From a virus (taxonomy: Duplodnaviria > Heunggongvirae > Uroviricota > Caudoviricetes), in IMG/VR virus record IMGVR_UViG_2548876955_000006, positions 1 through 9,179 of that record: a stretch of DNA of 9,179 bases. One strand, 5' to 3'. The notes under the pieces are model-generated. The model did no database searches, was not told where the DNA came from, and saw only the letters and a list, made by a program, of their open reading frames with translations. Below are positions 9,066 to 9,179 of the stretch, in pieces. Position 1 is the first letter of the stretch; each line of letters opens with the position of its first letter. The translations under genes and the position numbers were made by a program.

Positions 9066-9096
9066 GGGCCACAGTTGTGGCCTTAAATATTTTTTC
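9066..9096 (+). terminator. Intrinsic terminator after the DUF1311 gene
   Basis: GGGCCAC-agtt-GTGGCC hairpin followed by TTAAATATTTTTT. Confidence 0.7.
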
Positions 9097-9179
9097 AGCC
9101 TTTTCTTATTTGTAATAAGCAGTACTTGGTAGTGCTTATAAAACAGAATAAAAAACATATGACTTTGGCGATTACCCAG

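Noticed and set aside
9100-9179. Imperfect inverted repeat ATAAGCAG...AGTGCTTAT and a possible ATG at 9158 opening an ORF (MTLAIT...) that runs off the window
   Set aside because: No Shine-Dalgarno, only 7 codons visible, and the repeat is imperfect. Insufficient evidence to call a gene or an attachment-type site.

Overview
This window is the early/immunity region of a lambda-like (lambdoid) prophage, inverted relative to the conventional lambda map. All homology calls are from reading the translations and from recalled lambda-family sequences; no database search was run. Gene order, low to high coordinate: P (5' end only, minus) - O with ori iterons (minus) - oop antisense RNA (plus) - cII (minus) - nutR - cro (minus) - OR/PR/PRM - cI (plus) - terminator - OL/PL - nutL - N (plus) - a minus-strand accessory gene split by a complete IS911-like IS3-family element - terminator - cIII-like - kil-like - small ORF - Rad52-like annealing protein - HNH endonuclease - SSB - three uncharacterised ORFs - a truncated gene remnant - a signal-peptide DUF1311/LprI-like protein - terminator. 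N, nutL, nutR, cII, O, oop and the C-terminal domain of cI look essentially lambda-like, whereas cro, the operators and the N-terminal DNA-binding domain of cI are of a different immunity type. The best candidate for something new is the IS-disrupted zinc-ribbon gene lying antisense in the PL operon between N and cIII, with its repeat-rich upstream region; secondary candidates are the secreted DUF1311 protein at the operon end and the unannotated small proteins of the early-left operon.
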